Assembly: GCA_012729015.1 (NCBI GenBank)
Contig: JAAYDY010000113.1
Location: 12,206-76,205, forward strand
DNA length: 64,000 bases
Direction of reading: 5' to 3'
Origin: Phycisphaerae bacterium
GTDB lineage: Bacteria; Planctomycetota; Phycisphaerae; FEN-1346; JAACEH01
The translations under genes and the position numbers were made by a program. A model generated the notes under the pieces. The model was not told the DNA's origin. It saw only the letters and a list, made by a program, of their open reading frames with translations, and did no database searches. The stretch's first letter is position 1. The number at the start of each line of letters is the position of its first letter. Shown here piece after piece: positions 31,211-39,183 of this stretch.

Positions 31211-32791
31211 ATGAACGCGTTTGCTCTGGCAATGTCGGGTGAGCACTGGGCGGCGATTGTTATTCCGGGTATTGTCTTCGTGTTCTTCGTCATCCTCGTG
31301 GCGATGACCAAGCGGTACGTGAAGGTCGGGCCGAACCAGGTGCTGGTCATCTCCGGCCGGCGTCGGCGGAGCGAACTGGGCACCGTCGGATTCCGCATCG
31401 TCAAGGGCGGCGGCGCGTTCGTCTGGCCGATTGTCGAGAAGTACGACCTGCTGAGCCTGGAACTGATGACCATCGACGTCAAGACGCCCGAGGTCTACAC
31501 CGTGACGGGCGTTCCGGTCATGGTCGACGGCGTGGCCCAGATCAAGGTCAAGGGCGACGACATCTCGATCGCCACGGCGGCCGAGCAGTTCCTGTCGATG
31601 GACCGGACCCGCATCGCCGAGATCGCCCACCAGACGCTCGAAGGCCACCTGCGGGCCATTCTCGGCATGTTGACGGTCGAGGAAATCTATAAGAACCGCG
31701 ACGCCTTCGCCCAGCGGGTCCAGGAAGTGGCCACCAGCGACATGGCCAACATGGGCCTGTCGATCGTGAGCTTCACGCTCCGCGACATCCGCGACAACCA
31801 GGGCTATCTGGACGCACTGGGCAAGCCGCGCACGGCCCAGGTGAAGCGCGACGCGATCATCGCCCAGGCCGAGGCCGACCGCGACGCGGTGATCAAGAGC
31901 GCCGAGGCGAACCGCGCCGGCCAGCAGGCCAAGTTCAAGGCCGACACGGAAATCGCCCTCTCGCAGCGCGATTACGAGATGAAGCGGGCCGAGTACCAGG
32001 CCTCGGTCAACGAGAAGAAGGCCGAGAGCGACCTGGCCTACGACCTCCAGCAGAACAAGACCATGCAGCTCGTGAAGGCCGAAGAGATTCAGGTCATGTC
32101 GATCGAGAAGGAGCGCATGATCGACGTGCAGGAAAAGGAAATCCTCCGCAAGCAGAAGGAACTGGAAGCCACCGTGAGCCGTCCGGCCGATGCCGAGAAG
32201 TACCGCATCGAGACCATGGCGGCCGCCGAGCGGTTCCGCCTGGAGGCCGAGGCCGAAGGCCAGGCCCAGGCCAAGCGCAAGCAGGGCGAAGGCGAGGCTG
32301 CCGCATACAAGGTGCGCGGCATCGCCGAGGCCGACATCATCCTCGCCCAGGGCAAGGCCAACGCCGAAGCCAAGCGTCAGCTCGGCGAAGGCGAAGCCGC
32401 GGCCAACAAGGCCCGCGGTATGGCCGAGGCCGACGTCATCCTGGCCCAGGGTCAGTCCACGGCCGAAGCCATGGAGAAGAAGGCTGCCGCGTGGCGCCAG
32501 TACAACGAGGCCGCCATCATGCAGATCTTCCTGGAGCACGCGCCGGAACTGGCGTCGGCCATCGCGCAGCCGCTGGCCAAGACCGAGAAGATCGTCATCG
32601 TCAACTCCGGCGGCGACAGCGCCGGGGCCAACAAACTGACCAAGGACGTGACGAACATCATGGCCCAGTTGCCCGAGGTGGTCCAGACCCTGACCGGCAT
32701 GGACATCAACGCCGCCCTGCAAAAGGTGTCGAAGCTCGGCGGGGGCAAGGACGCCGGCAAGGCCGACAAGCCCGCAGGAGGCAAGGAATAG
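31211..32791 (+). CDS. floT: Flotillin / SPFH (band 7) family protein
   Basis: N-terminal TM, then an SPFH domain, then a long Ala/Glu-rich coiled-coil with EAxxxA repeats (flotillin repeats). GGGAGG Shine-Dalgarno upstream. Confidence 0.9.
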   Translation: MNAFALAMSGEHWAAIVIPGIVFVFFVILVAMTKRYVKVGPNQVLVISGRRRRSELGTVGFRIVKGGGAFVWPIVEKYDLLSLELMTIDVKTPEVYTVTGVPVMVDGVAQIKVKGDDISIATAAEQFLSMDRTRIAEIAHQTLEGHLRAILGMLTVEEIYKNRDAFAQRVQEVATSDMANMGLSIVSFTLRDIRDNQGYLDALGKPRTAQVKRDAIIAQAEADRDAVIKSAEANRAGQQAKFKADTEIALSQRDYEMKRAEYQASVNEKKAESDLAYDLQQNKTMQLVKAEEIQVMSIEKERMIDVQEKEILRKQKELEATVSRPADAEKYRIETMAAAERFRLEAEAEGQAQAKRKQGEGEAAAYKVRGIAEADIILAQGKANAEAKRQLGEGEAAANKARGMAEADVILAQGQSTAEAMEKKAAAWRQYNEAAIMQIFLEHAPELASAIAQPLAKTEKIVIVNSGGDSAGANKLTKDVTNIMAQLPEVVQTLTGMDINAALQKVSKLGGGKDAGKADKPAGGKE

Positions 32792-32829
32792 GGGCCGCCC
32801 AGGGCGTCCACGACGCGGGCAAGGTCGGC

Positions 32830-33130
32830 CGTGTGAGTGTGCCACGGCGGGTCTTGCCCGCCGTGCCCATCCGGAGGAGCCCCACGGAACGCGGAGCAAG
32901 CGGTCCTCTGGCGCCGCTGTACAGATCGTCCCCTGCACATGACGCCGTGAACGTTTGAGAACGACGTAGCGCATCGCACGGCGGGCCTGCGGTCCGAGAC
33001 TGTCCGACAATTCGCCGTGCGTAACATACCGTGAAATATGGCGATACGACACCACGGGCGTAGGGTGGCTGCTTGCAGCCACGCGGAAGGGCACGGAGAC
33101 TTGCCCATGCCTGACGGGGCAGGCATGGCA
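32830..33130. repeat. Cluster of GC-rich hairpins (REP-like) between convergent flotillin and PIG-L genes
   Basis: It includes GTGCCACGGCGGGTCTTGCCCGCCGTGCC at 32839-32867 (a family copy), GTAGGGTGGCTGCTTGCAGCCACGCGG and CCATGCCTGACGGGGCAGGCATGG stem-loops. Confidence 0.6.
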
Positions 33131-33212
33131 CCCAGCAACAACGAACCACACAACGAATTGTCGGACAGGCCCGGCCTGCGGTCCCGCCGTGGCACAGGGG
33201 TGCTGGCGGGCG

Positions 33213-33881
33213 TCATGGGGCGTCCACGAAGAACACTTCCACGGGGCGCACCCACGGCTCGATGCTTGCGAAAAACGGTTCCGTCTGGCCGCGGCCCACA
33301 ATCGTGAGATGGCTGGCGAACTGGCTCACCGCGCGGCGTTTCAGGTCCTGTTGCGGCCCGATGTCCACGGCCACCGTCGGCTCGCCGACCGTGTCGGGCG
33401 ACCGGCCGCCGGCCAGGGCAATCACGTAACGGTAGAGCGTAGCCCGGCTCCGTGTCGATCGCATGGCCGACCGCACGGCGACGCACGCGGCCACGTGGTC
33501 CGGGTGCTCCTCGTGCTGGCTCGTCACGTAGATCTCGTCGGGCCGCACCTCGCGCACGATGGAGGCCAGCGTCTCGGCGACGGCATCCACGTGATGGGCC
33601 AGCGTCGCGTCTTCCACGTCGAGAAAGCGGATCGCCGCCGCCTCGCCGGCCAGGATGGCCACGGCACGGCGGGTCTCGTCCTTGCGCATGGCCGAGGCCT
33701 CGGCCGGGGTCGGGGCCGCCTCGATCTTCCACCGGCTCAGACGGAACAGGTGCCGCCCATCCGTCACGACCACCACGGTGATGCGACATCCCTGCCGGGC
33801 CCGGCAGGCCATCGTGCCGCCACAGCCCAGCGTCTCGTCGTCCGGGTGCGGCGCGACAATCAGGATCGACCGTTGCGTCAT
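33213..33881 (-). CDS. PIG-L/LmbE family N-acetylglucosaminyl deacetylase
   Basis: The start is reset to MTQRSILIVAPHPDDETLGCGG, the PIG-L signature. The upstream 49 aa of the track ORF are unlikely to be coding. Confidence 0.8.
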   Translation of the reverse strand: MTQRSILIVAPHPDDETLGCGGTMACRARQGCRITVVVVTDGRHLFRLSRWKIEAAPTPAEASAMRKDETRRAVAILAGEAAAIRFLDVEDATLAHHVDAVAETLASIVREVRPDEIYVTSQHEEHPDHVAACVAVRSAMRSTRSRATLYRYVIALAGGRSPDTVGEPTVAVDIGPQQDLKRRAVSQFASHLTIVGRGQTEPFFASIEPWVRPVEVFFVDAP

Positions 33882-34353
33882 GGTGCTCTCCGCGCGGCCG
33901 GGCGGGGCCTCGGTTCTGCGGCTGTATGGCCGGCCGCAAGCGATTCTACCCACCCACCCACGCCCCACAAGGGGATTCCTGACGGGCCACGCACGCCCGT
34001 GCATGTTGTGGGGCAGCCAGGACGCCACACCCCGGGAGGGGGGCTGCCCGGATCCCTTCCCCGCGGGAGGCTATCCCCGTGTGTGGGGGGGGCAGGGCGG
34101 GAGGCAGGAAAACGTGACAGGAAAACGCGACAAGCGGTTTGACATGGAACGGGGTATCGCGTATTGTTCCTTATGTTGCGAGTGGGGATTGAGGGACCGG
34201 GGGCCGCGGCAGTTCTTGCCGCCCAGCGATTCTGCGTTTCCGTCCCGATTTTGAAGAGTTGATGCGTTTCTTCGGCGGCTCCACGTTGGTGGCGTCGTCG
34301 CGTGTCCGTTTCGGGCCACGGTGCGACTACGGTTCTCGGGGGAGGGGCAATCC

Positions 34354-35100
34354 ATGAAGTGGTCACTTGCGAAGCGTGCGGCGGCATCCTGGGCGATGGC
34401 CCTGGCGGTTCTTGTTGCAGCCACGGCGGCCCAGGCCGACATCGTGATCGACGAATTCAGCGAGCGGACGTCCCCGTGGTGGCCGGCAGCGCTCAGCGCC
34501 GGCGGGGCCATCGGCATCACCGACACCGGCCTGACCACGGTCCCGGGCGGCGTTCGCACCACCTACCTGACGTATTCGACAGGGGACATCCCCGGGCTCG
34601 ATACGGTCGGGGCCTACATCTTCATCGCCGCCGGTCCGCCGGCGGTGGACCTTCTGGAGTACTCCAGCACGACCGGCGCCGTGGGCGGCCTGTCCGTCCG
34701 CTATGCCGGCGCATCCCAGGGGGCCCTGGTCCTGGACCTGAGCGGCGCGGGTTTCCTGCGCATCGACCTGGCCGGCTACGACGCCCCCGGCAGTCAGCCC
34801 ATGCCATTCTCCGTCCTGCTCATCAGCGACCATGGCGGCGCCAACCAGCAGTCGGTGAACCTGCCAGGGCAGGTCGTCGCGGCCGGGGCGCAGCCGCTGT
34901 TCATCGCACTGAACTCCGTCCCCAGCAACGTCGATTTCGCCAACATCAACCTCCTGGAGGTCAGCTTCTACGACCTTCCCAAGGGGACCGACTTCCGCAT
35001 CGACCGCATCGTGGCCACGGCCATTCCCGAGCCGGCCACGGTCGCCCTGCTGGGCCTCGGCCTCGGAACGCTCGCGCTCGGCCGCCGCAGAAAACGCTAG
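34354..35100 (+). CDS. PEP-CTERM sorting-domain secreted protein
   Basis: The signal peptide MKWSLAKRAAASWAMALAVLVAATAAQA and the C-terminal PEPATVALLGLGLGTLALGRRRKR (PEP motif, TM helix, basic tail) are present. A Shine-Dalgarno precedes the ATG at 34354. Confidence 0.8.
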   Translation: MKWSLAKRAAASWAMALAVLVAATAAQADIVIDEFSERTSPWWPAALSAGGAIGITDTGLTTVPGGVRTTYLTYSTGDIPGLDTVGAYIFIAAGPPAVDLLEYSSTTGAVGGLSVRYAGASQGALVLDLSGAGFLRIDLAGYDAPGSQPMPFSVLLISDHGGANQQSVNLPGQVVAAGAQPLFIALNSVPSNVDFANINLLEVSFYDLPKGTDFRIDRIVATAIPEPATVALLGLGLGTLALGRRRKR

Positions 35101-35341
35101 TCGCTCGCGCCGACCGCCTCGCGCAGAGTCGCACTCAAGACGCCCCGGCACCGAAGTCTCTGTCCGATCTCCATAGCGACGGGCAGAGCGTCCGTGCCGG
35201 GGCGATTCTCTGTCGCCGCGCAGCCCGCGATGCAATTGCCTTGCCCGGCCCGGCCGCGCGCAGTATAGTCCACCAGGGTCTTCCCATACGGTACATGGGG
35301 TCGGCTGCCCGGGGCGATGCCCGGCCGGCACGGCCCCCTGG

Positions 35342-35746
35342 GTGTCCGATCCGGCAAAGGAGCGACAGATGGTCCCGAAGAACGGTCCCGCCAGCCACGA
35401 CGACAAGCCCATCGAGGAACAGGTTCGCGAGCAGACCGGCCAGCGACACGTCCGCCTGGCGTTCGACGAACGCGACGTCCGGACGTCCTACGCCAACGCC
35501 TTCCGCACCAACGGCTCCGCCGAGGAAGTCGTGGTCGATTTCGGGCTGAACCAGGCTCGCCCTGCCGCCTCGCCGCAAGGCCAAGGCGAAATCCTCGTCC
35601 AGATCAACCAGCGCGTCATCCTCAATTACTACTCGGCCAAGCGGCTGGCCCTGGCCCTGGCCCAGATCGTCCAGCGCCACGAGGAACAGTTCGGCGACCT
35701 GGAACTGGACGTCGCCAAGCGCAGCCGCCGCCCACTGGGCTCGTGA
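35342..35746 (+). CDS. DUF3467-like protein
   Basis: The sequence YANAFRTNGSAEEVVVDFGLNQARP resembles the conserved core of DUF3467, as recalled from memory. Confidence 0.4.
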   Translation: MSDPAKERQMVPKNGPASHDDKPIEEQVREQTGQRHVRLAFDERDVRTSYANAFRTNGSAEEVVVDFGLNQARPAASPQGQGEILVQINQRVILNYYSAKRLALALAQIVQRHEEQFGDLELDVAKRSRRPLGS

Positions 35747-35871
35747 TCGCCTGGCGACCGTCACGGTCGGCGACGCCGCGCCGCCGCGGCAGGGCAGGCT
35801 CCATTGCCAGACGCGCCTTGCAGCCGCAGGGCGCAGGCGGTAGAATGTGCGCCGTTCCGTGCATGACACAT

Positions 35872-35949
35872 CGGGGTGTAGCTCAGTTTGGCTAGAGCGC
35901 CTGGTTTGGGACCAGGAGGTCGCAGGTTCGAATCCTGTCACCCCGACCA
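35872..35949 (+). tRNA. tRNA-Pro (anticodon TGG), CCA encoded
   Basis: The cloverleaf was folded by hand: acceptor CGGGGTG/CACCCCG, D-arm GCTC-AGTTTGGCTA-GAGC, anticodon arm CCTGG-TTTGGGA-CCAGG (anticodon TGG), T-arm with TTCGAAT loop, discriminator A and CCA. Confidence 0.9.
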
Positions 35950-35954
35950 CTAAC

Positions 35955-35984
35955 AAAAAAACCGCCATTTGGCGGTTTTTTTAT
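35955..35984 (+). terminator. Rho-independent terminator after tRNA-Pro (AAAAAACCGCCATTTGGCGGTTTTTTT)
   Basis: A perfect 6-bp GC stem with TTT loop, flanked by an A-run and a 7-T run, is visible directly. Confidence 0.85.
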
Positions 35985-36188
35985 CAGTGGTAGAGCAGGT
36001 GAGCAGGAGAACAGGTGAACAGTAGAAACGGCAATGCCCTTTTGCTATCATGGCATCCATGGGCAAGGTGGACAGCTGCTCAACTGCGGTCACCTGCTCC
36101 CCTGTTCGCCTGCTCAGCGGTTGCCGCTCCGGAAGAGGATGGCTGCGGGACGGCCATGGCATCTAGCATCATTGCGTAGAGAAAACAG

Positions 36189-36530
36189 ATGGAAACCCAA
36201 ATCGCGGCGCAGGATCTCGTGTACGACGACGGGGAGATGGCAATCGCGCTCGTGCAGCGTCCGTCCGACAGTTCCGGACCGCACCTGGCCTTGCGATGGC
36301 TTGCGCCCCAGCCGTGTGTTGACAGGGACGGGAAAGAAGTCTGCACCACAAACCTCATGGGAGGGGAAACCGATTGGTTCATCGTTCCTTTCTCACTCGC
36401 GGTTGGGATTGCCAGAACTCTGATTGAGCAGAAAGCGGCAGGACTTGGCAATTTCAACAACGACGGCTTCGCCAAGATGGTGTCTTGGCTCGTCGGTCTT
36501 GACCAACTCCAGGACGCCATGTGCTACTGA
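36189..36530 (+). CDS. Hypothetical protein (113 aa), island-borne
   Basis: It has a balanced amino-acid composition, unlike the R/S/P-rich overlapping frames, and moderate GC3 of about 70%. No family is recognised. A REP-like element starts right at its stop codon. Confidence 0.35.
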   Translation: METQIAAQDLVYDDGEMAIALVQRPSDSSGPHLALRWLAPQPCVDRDGKEVCTTNLMGGETDWFIVPFSLAVGIARTLIEQKAAGLGNFNNDGFAKMVSWLVGLDQLQDAMCY

Positions 36531-36625
36531 CGGCGGGTGGCCGGGCGGAGGCGGGGGAAGGGGAGACGTGCCACGGCGGGTCTTGCCCGCCGTGCCGATG
36601 GGCAGGAATCGTTCGGAGTGCGGCG
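36530..36625. repeat. Roughly 95-bp dispersed repeat, copy A (ACGGCGGGTGGCCGGGCGGAGGCGGGGGAAGGGGAGAC-GTGCCACGGCGGGTCTTGCCCGCCGTGCC...), followed by the GTAGGGTGGGGCCCCCGGACCCACGCGG hairpin at about 36690
   Basis: A near-identical copy is at 38590-38695. The core is a 9-bp-stem hairpin CACGGCGGG-TCTTG-CCCGCCGTG. Confidence 0.8.
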
Positions 36626-36934
36626 CCGTGGGCAGGTGGGTCCTCCGGACCCATTGCATGGACTTGAGAATCAGCGGGTAGGGTGGGGCCCCCGGACCCA
36701 CGCGGGACGTTGCGGTAGCGCGGCCGGGTGCGGGGATGTCCTGCAGGCCCATGACGCGCGATTGGCGGGCTATGGCGTCGGTGGAGCGCAGGGGCAGGCT
36801 CTCCCTCATGGTTGCGACCTTCGACCGTCGGACCGGGTCGCCTGCGAGTTGCCCACTGGGACCGAGTGGACGCCGTCCGACGAGCGAGTCTCATCCCGCG
36901 TGGTTCCGGGGGGGGCATACCACAGGAGGGGAAA

Positions 36935-36980
36935 AAGGGTATACTGTCCCCGATAGTAAGGGTATACTGTCCCCGATAGT
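36935..36980. repeat. Tandem 2 x 23 bp AAGGGTATACTGTCCCCGATAGT (right half of the palindrome GGGGACAGTATACTGTCCCC)
   Basis: Read directly from the sequence. Its inverted partner is tandemly repeated at 38535-38586. Confidence 0.85.
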
Positions 36981-37142
36981 ACGTGGTGCCGCGCTGGTAC
37001 CACGGGATGGCATTAGAAAAATGTCGATGACGATGAGCCGTCTGGAGCACGCCAGCCCAGCCAGCCACGATTTCTTTCTGAAGTCTTGTGGCCCATGGTC
37101 CGATATTGATGTAGAATAACGGCGTCCACTGGAGGGGACACA

Positions 37143-37346
37143 ATGGCCATACGCAAGAAAAATGAAGCGACCAAGCCGTCCAAGAAGACCGCCGAAGCAC
37201 TTCTGAAAGAAGCTATGCGCCATCCCGGTGTGGCCGAGGTAATGAAAATCTACGGCGACCTTCAGGAGGTTGTGCAGAGTGCGGCCCCCTACGTTGCTGC
37301 TATGGACGAGAAGCCCGTGCTACTCGTCTCAACATCGTCTGACTAA
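37143..37346 (+). CDS. Hypothetical small protein (67 aa), first gene of the low-GC cassette
   Basis: A GGAGGGG Shine-Dalgarno lies 7 nt upstream. It is 17 nt upstream of the protease gene and shares its low GC. The protein is Lys/Ala/Glu-rich with no recognised family. Confidence 0.5.
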   Translation: MAIRKKNEATKPSKKTAEALLKEAMRHPGVAEVMKIYGDLQEVVQSAAPYVAAMDEKPVLLVSTSSD

Positions 37347-37363
37347 CCGCGATCGGAGGGTGC

Positions 37364-38446
37364 ATGGGTGACTGGGGCGAAGTCCTGGAAGAGCTTACAG
37401 AGTCTGCCAAGCAAAACAACGGGCGTCTTCAGTTTGACCTCATACGACGGAAGTACCTAACGCTGCTTGCCGAGCATACGGGAAGAAGCACGATCCTCTA
37501 TGCCTCAAAGTTTACACAGCCTACCCAACAGCCCATTGGCCAGTTTGTGACGATTTCTGATGGCGACCTTCAGGGCATCATGACGGTCATCCATAAGCTT
37601 CCAGGAAAGAAGCTGGACCTCATTCTTCACAGTCCCGGCGGTTCCCCCCAAGCAGCAGAAGCGATTGTTTCGTACTTGAGGTCGCGCTTTTCACACATCA
37701 GAGTCATCGTTCCCCACCTGGCGATGTCTGCCGCGACCATGATAGCTTGCGCTGCCGATACCGTCGTTATGGGTGAGCACTCGTTTCTCGGACCGATTGA
37801 CCCTCAACTCGTTTTCAATGCAGGCGTGGTGCCAGCGGAGGCGATTCTCGATCAGTTTGATCTGGCCAAGAAGGAGTGTGTCGACCCTAAGAATCTGGGA
37901 GCGTGGATGCCCATGCTTCCGCAGTATGGGCCTGCACTATTAGTGCAGTGCCGTCATGCGCTCGACCTCGCAAGGCAATTGGTCGAAGGCTGGTTGCGTA
38001 CGTACATGCTGAAAAGTGATCCCCAAGGACCTGCGAACGCCAAGGCAATTGCCGATTGGCTTGGCCAACATGGACACTGGAAGAGTCACAGCCGTCACAT
38101 CCCACGCGAGGAACTGAGGAATAGGGGCCTGAGAATTGAAGACCTCGAAAAAGACAACAAAGCGCAAGACCTAATCCTGTCAGTGTTTCATGCCACAACC
38201 CACACGCTACAAGCGAGTACCGCCGTGAAGATTATAGAGAACAATCTCGGAAGGGCGTACATCAACCATTACAGCACGGCTCAGGCGAAAGCAACAGCCC
38301 CTTCGCAACCAGAAACACCGTCTCCTGCTTCACCCCTAACCCCGAAGAAGAGCAAGAAGAAGCCCGGCCGCAGAACCACGAAGAAGGTTGCACCCAAATC
38401 GGCAAAGGGCCAGAAGGGCCGTGTACAAAAGAAGAGCAAGAGCTAA
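37364..38446 (+). CDS. SDH/S49-family Clp-fold serine protease with Lys-rich (histone H1-like) C-terminal tail
   Basis: LILHSPGGSPQAAEAIVSYLR matches the SDH-family H[ST]PGG motif of the ClpP/crotonase fold, as recalled from memory. The candidate catalytic Ser is in PHLAMSAATMIACAAD. The C-terminal 45 aa are PKKSKKKPGRRTTKKVAPKSAKGQKGRVQKKSKS. GC is visibly lower than the surrounding genome. Confidence 0.65.
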   Translation: MGDWGEVLEELTESAKQNNGRLQFDLIRRKYLTLLAEHTGRSTILYASKFTQPTQQPIGQFVTISDGDLQGIMTVIHKLPGKKLDLILHSPGGSPQAAEAIVSYLRSRFSHIRVIVPHLAMSAATMIACAADTVVMGEHSFLGPIDPQLVFNAGVVPAEAILDQFDLAKKECVDPKNLGAWMPMLPQYGPALLVQCRHALDLARQLVEGWLRTYMLKSDPQGPANAKAIADWLGQHGHWKSHSRHIPREELRNRGLRIEDLEKDNKAQDLILSVFHATTHTLQASTAVKIIENNLGRAYINHYSTAQAKATAPSQPETPSPASPLTPKKSKKKPGRRTTKKVAPKSAKGQKGRVQKKSKS

Positions 38447-38534
38447 ACGCCGGGTGCCATTGCCGCTTGGGCGATGCTTCAGAGCGACGGCATTCCACCC
38501 GCCGGACCGTCAACAACTGCGGCGACCAGAATCG

Positions 38535-38586
38535 GCCAATGGGCCAATGGGGACAGTATACTTGGGCCAATGGGGACAGTATACTG
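38535..38586. repeat. Tandem GGCCAATGGGGACAGTATACT repeats (left half of the palindrome GGGGACAGTATACTGTCCCC), inverted partner of 36935-36980
   Basis: GGGGACAGTATAC occurs at 38549-38561 and 38572-38584. GGCCAATGG occurs three times. Confidence 0.85.
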
Positions 38587-38589
38587 ATT

Positions 38590-38695
38590 ACGGCGGGTGG
38601 CCGGGCGGAGGCGGGGGGAGGGGAGACTCTGTGACTGTGCCACGGCGGGTCTTGCCCGCCGTGCGGACGGGCGGGGATCGTTCAGGGGGCGGCGC
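38590..38695. repeat. Roughly 95-bp dispersed repeat, copy B
   Basis: It aligns to 36530-36625 apart from a 9-bp insertion (TCTGTGACT) and a few substitutions. Confidence 0.8.
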
Positions 38696-38776
38696 AGACA
38701 CGGACTGACATGACGTTGGCCGAACACAACTGCGGATCTGTAGCCCACACACTTCTGACAGCGACGTGTCGTATCG

Positions 38777-38803
38777 CACGGCGGGCAAGACCCGCCGTGG
38801 CAC
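38777..38803. repeat. Inverted-orientation copy of the CACGGCGGG-loop-CCCGCCGTG hairpin element
   Basis: CACGGCGGGCAAGACCCGCCGTGGCAC is the reverse complement of the family core. Confidence 0.7.
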
Positions 38804-39147
38804 GGAAACTCGATGCTCCCCCGCCACGTTGTCTCCAATCCGTTTACATCTCACATCCGTTCCCACTTCTCGGGTCCGGTGTTCGTTGGCGATGGGCAGG
38901 GGCCGAGGGGGATCCGGCCGGAGAGTTGCCCCGAGAGTCCCCTGCGGCAGGGCATTGACGACTCGGCCGATGTGACGTTTGTCCGACGAGGTGAACCTTT
39001 CTGAGTGCCAAGCGGGTGGCACGACTCCGGGCAGGATGTAGTGGGCTTCAGGGGCCATCGCACCACCTATGGTGTCGGCGGGCGTTGCCTGGGGTCTGGA
39101 GCCGGGGCCTGGGAAAAACCCTGTTTTTTCTTCAGAAAAGAGGAAAA

Positions 39148-39183
39148 GGCTTGACATGGGGTTACAAAATGTATTTTATGTTT
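39148..39183 (+). promoter_or_regulatory. AT-rich sigma-70-like promoter candidate (TTGACA-N17-TTTTAT) upstream of merR
   Basis: cTTGACAtggggttacaaaatgtaTTTTATgttttgc sits in a roughly 110-bp AT-rich patch (39110-39220), which is striking in this GC-rich genome, about 120 nt upstream of the merR ATG. Confidence 0.4.

Noticed and set aside
31073-33301. 742-aa minus ORF
   Set aside because: It is antisense to flotillin.
37100-37142. Sigma-70 -10-like TAGAAT upstream of the 67-aa ORF
   Set aside because: There is no acceptable -35 element at 16-19 bp spacing, so it was not called as a feature. Only the GGAGGGG Shine-Dalgarno is credible.
36393-37223. Several 65-250-aa ORFs on both strands across 36393-37223, and 38262-39157 minus-strand ORFs
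   Set aside because: They overlap REP-like repeats, have P/G/R-rich composition and overlap each other, so they are repeat-driven open frames.
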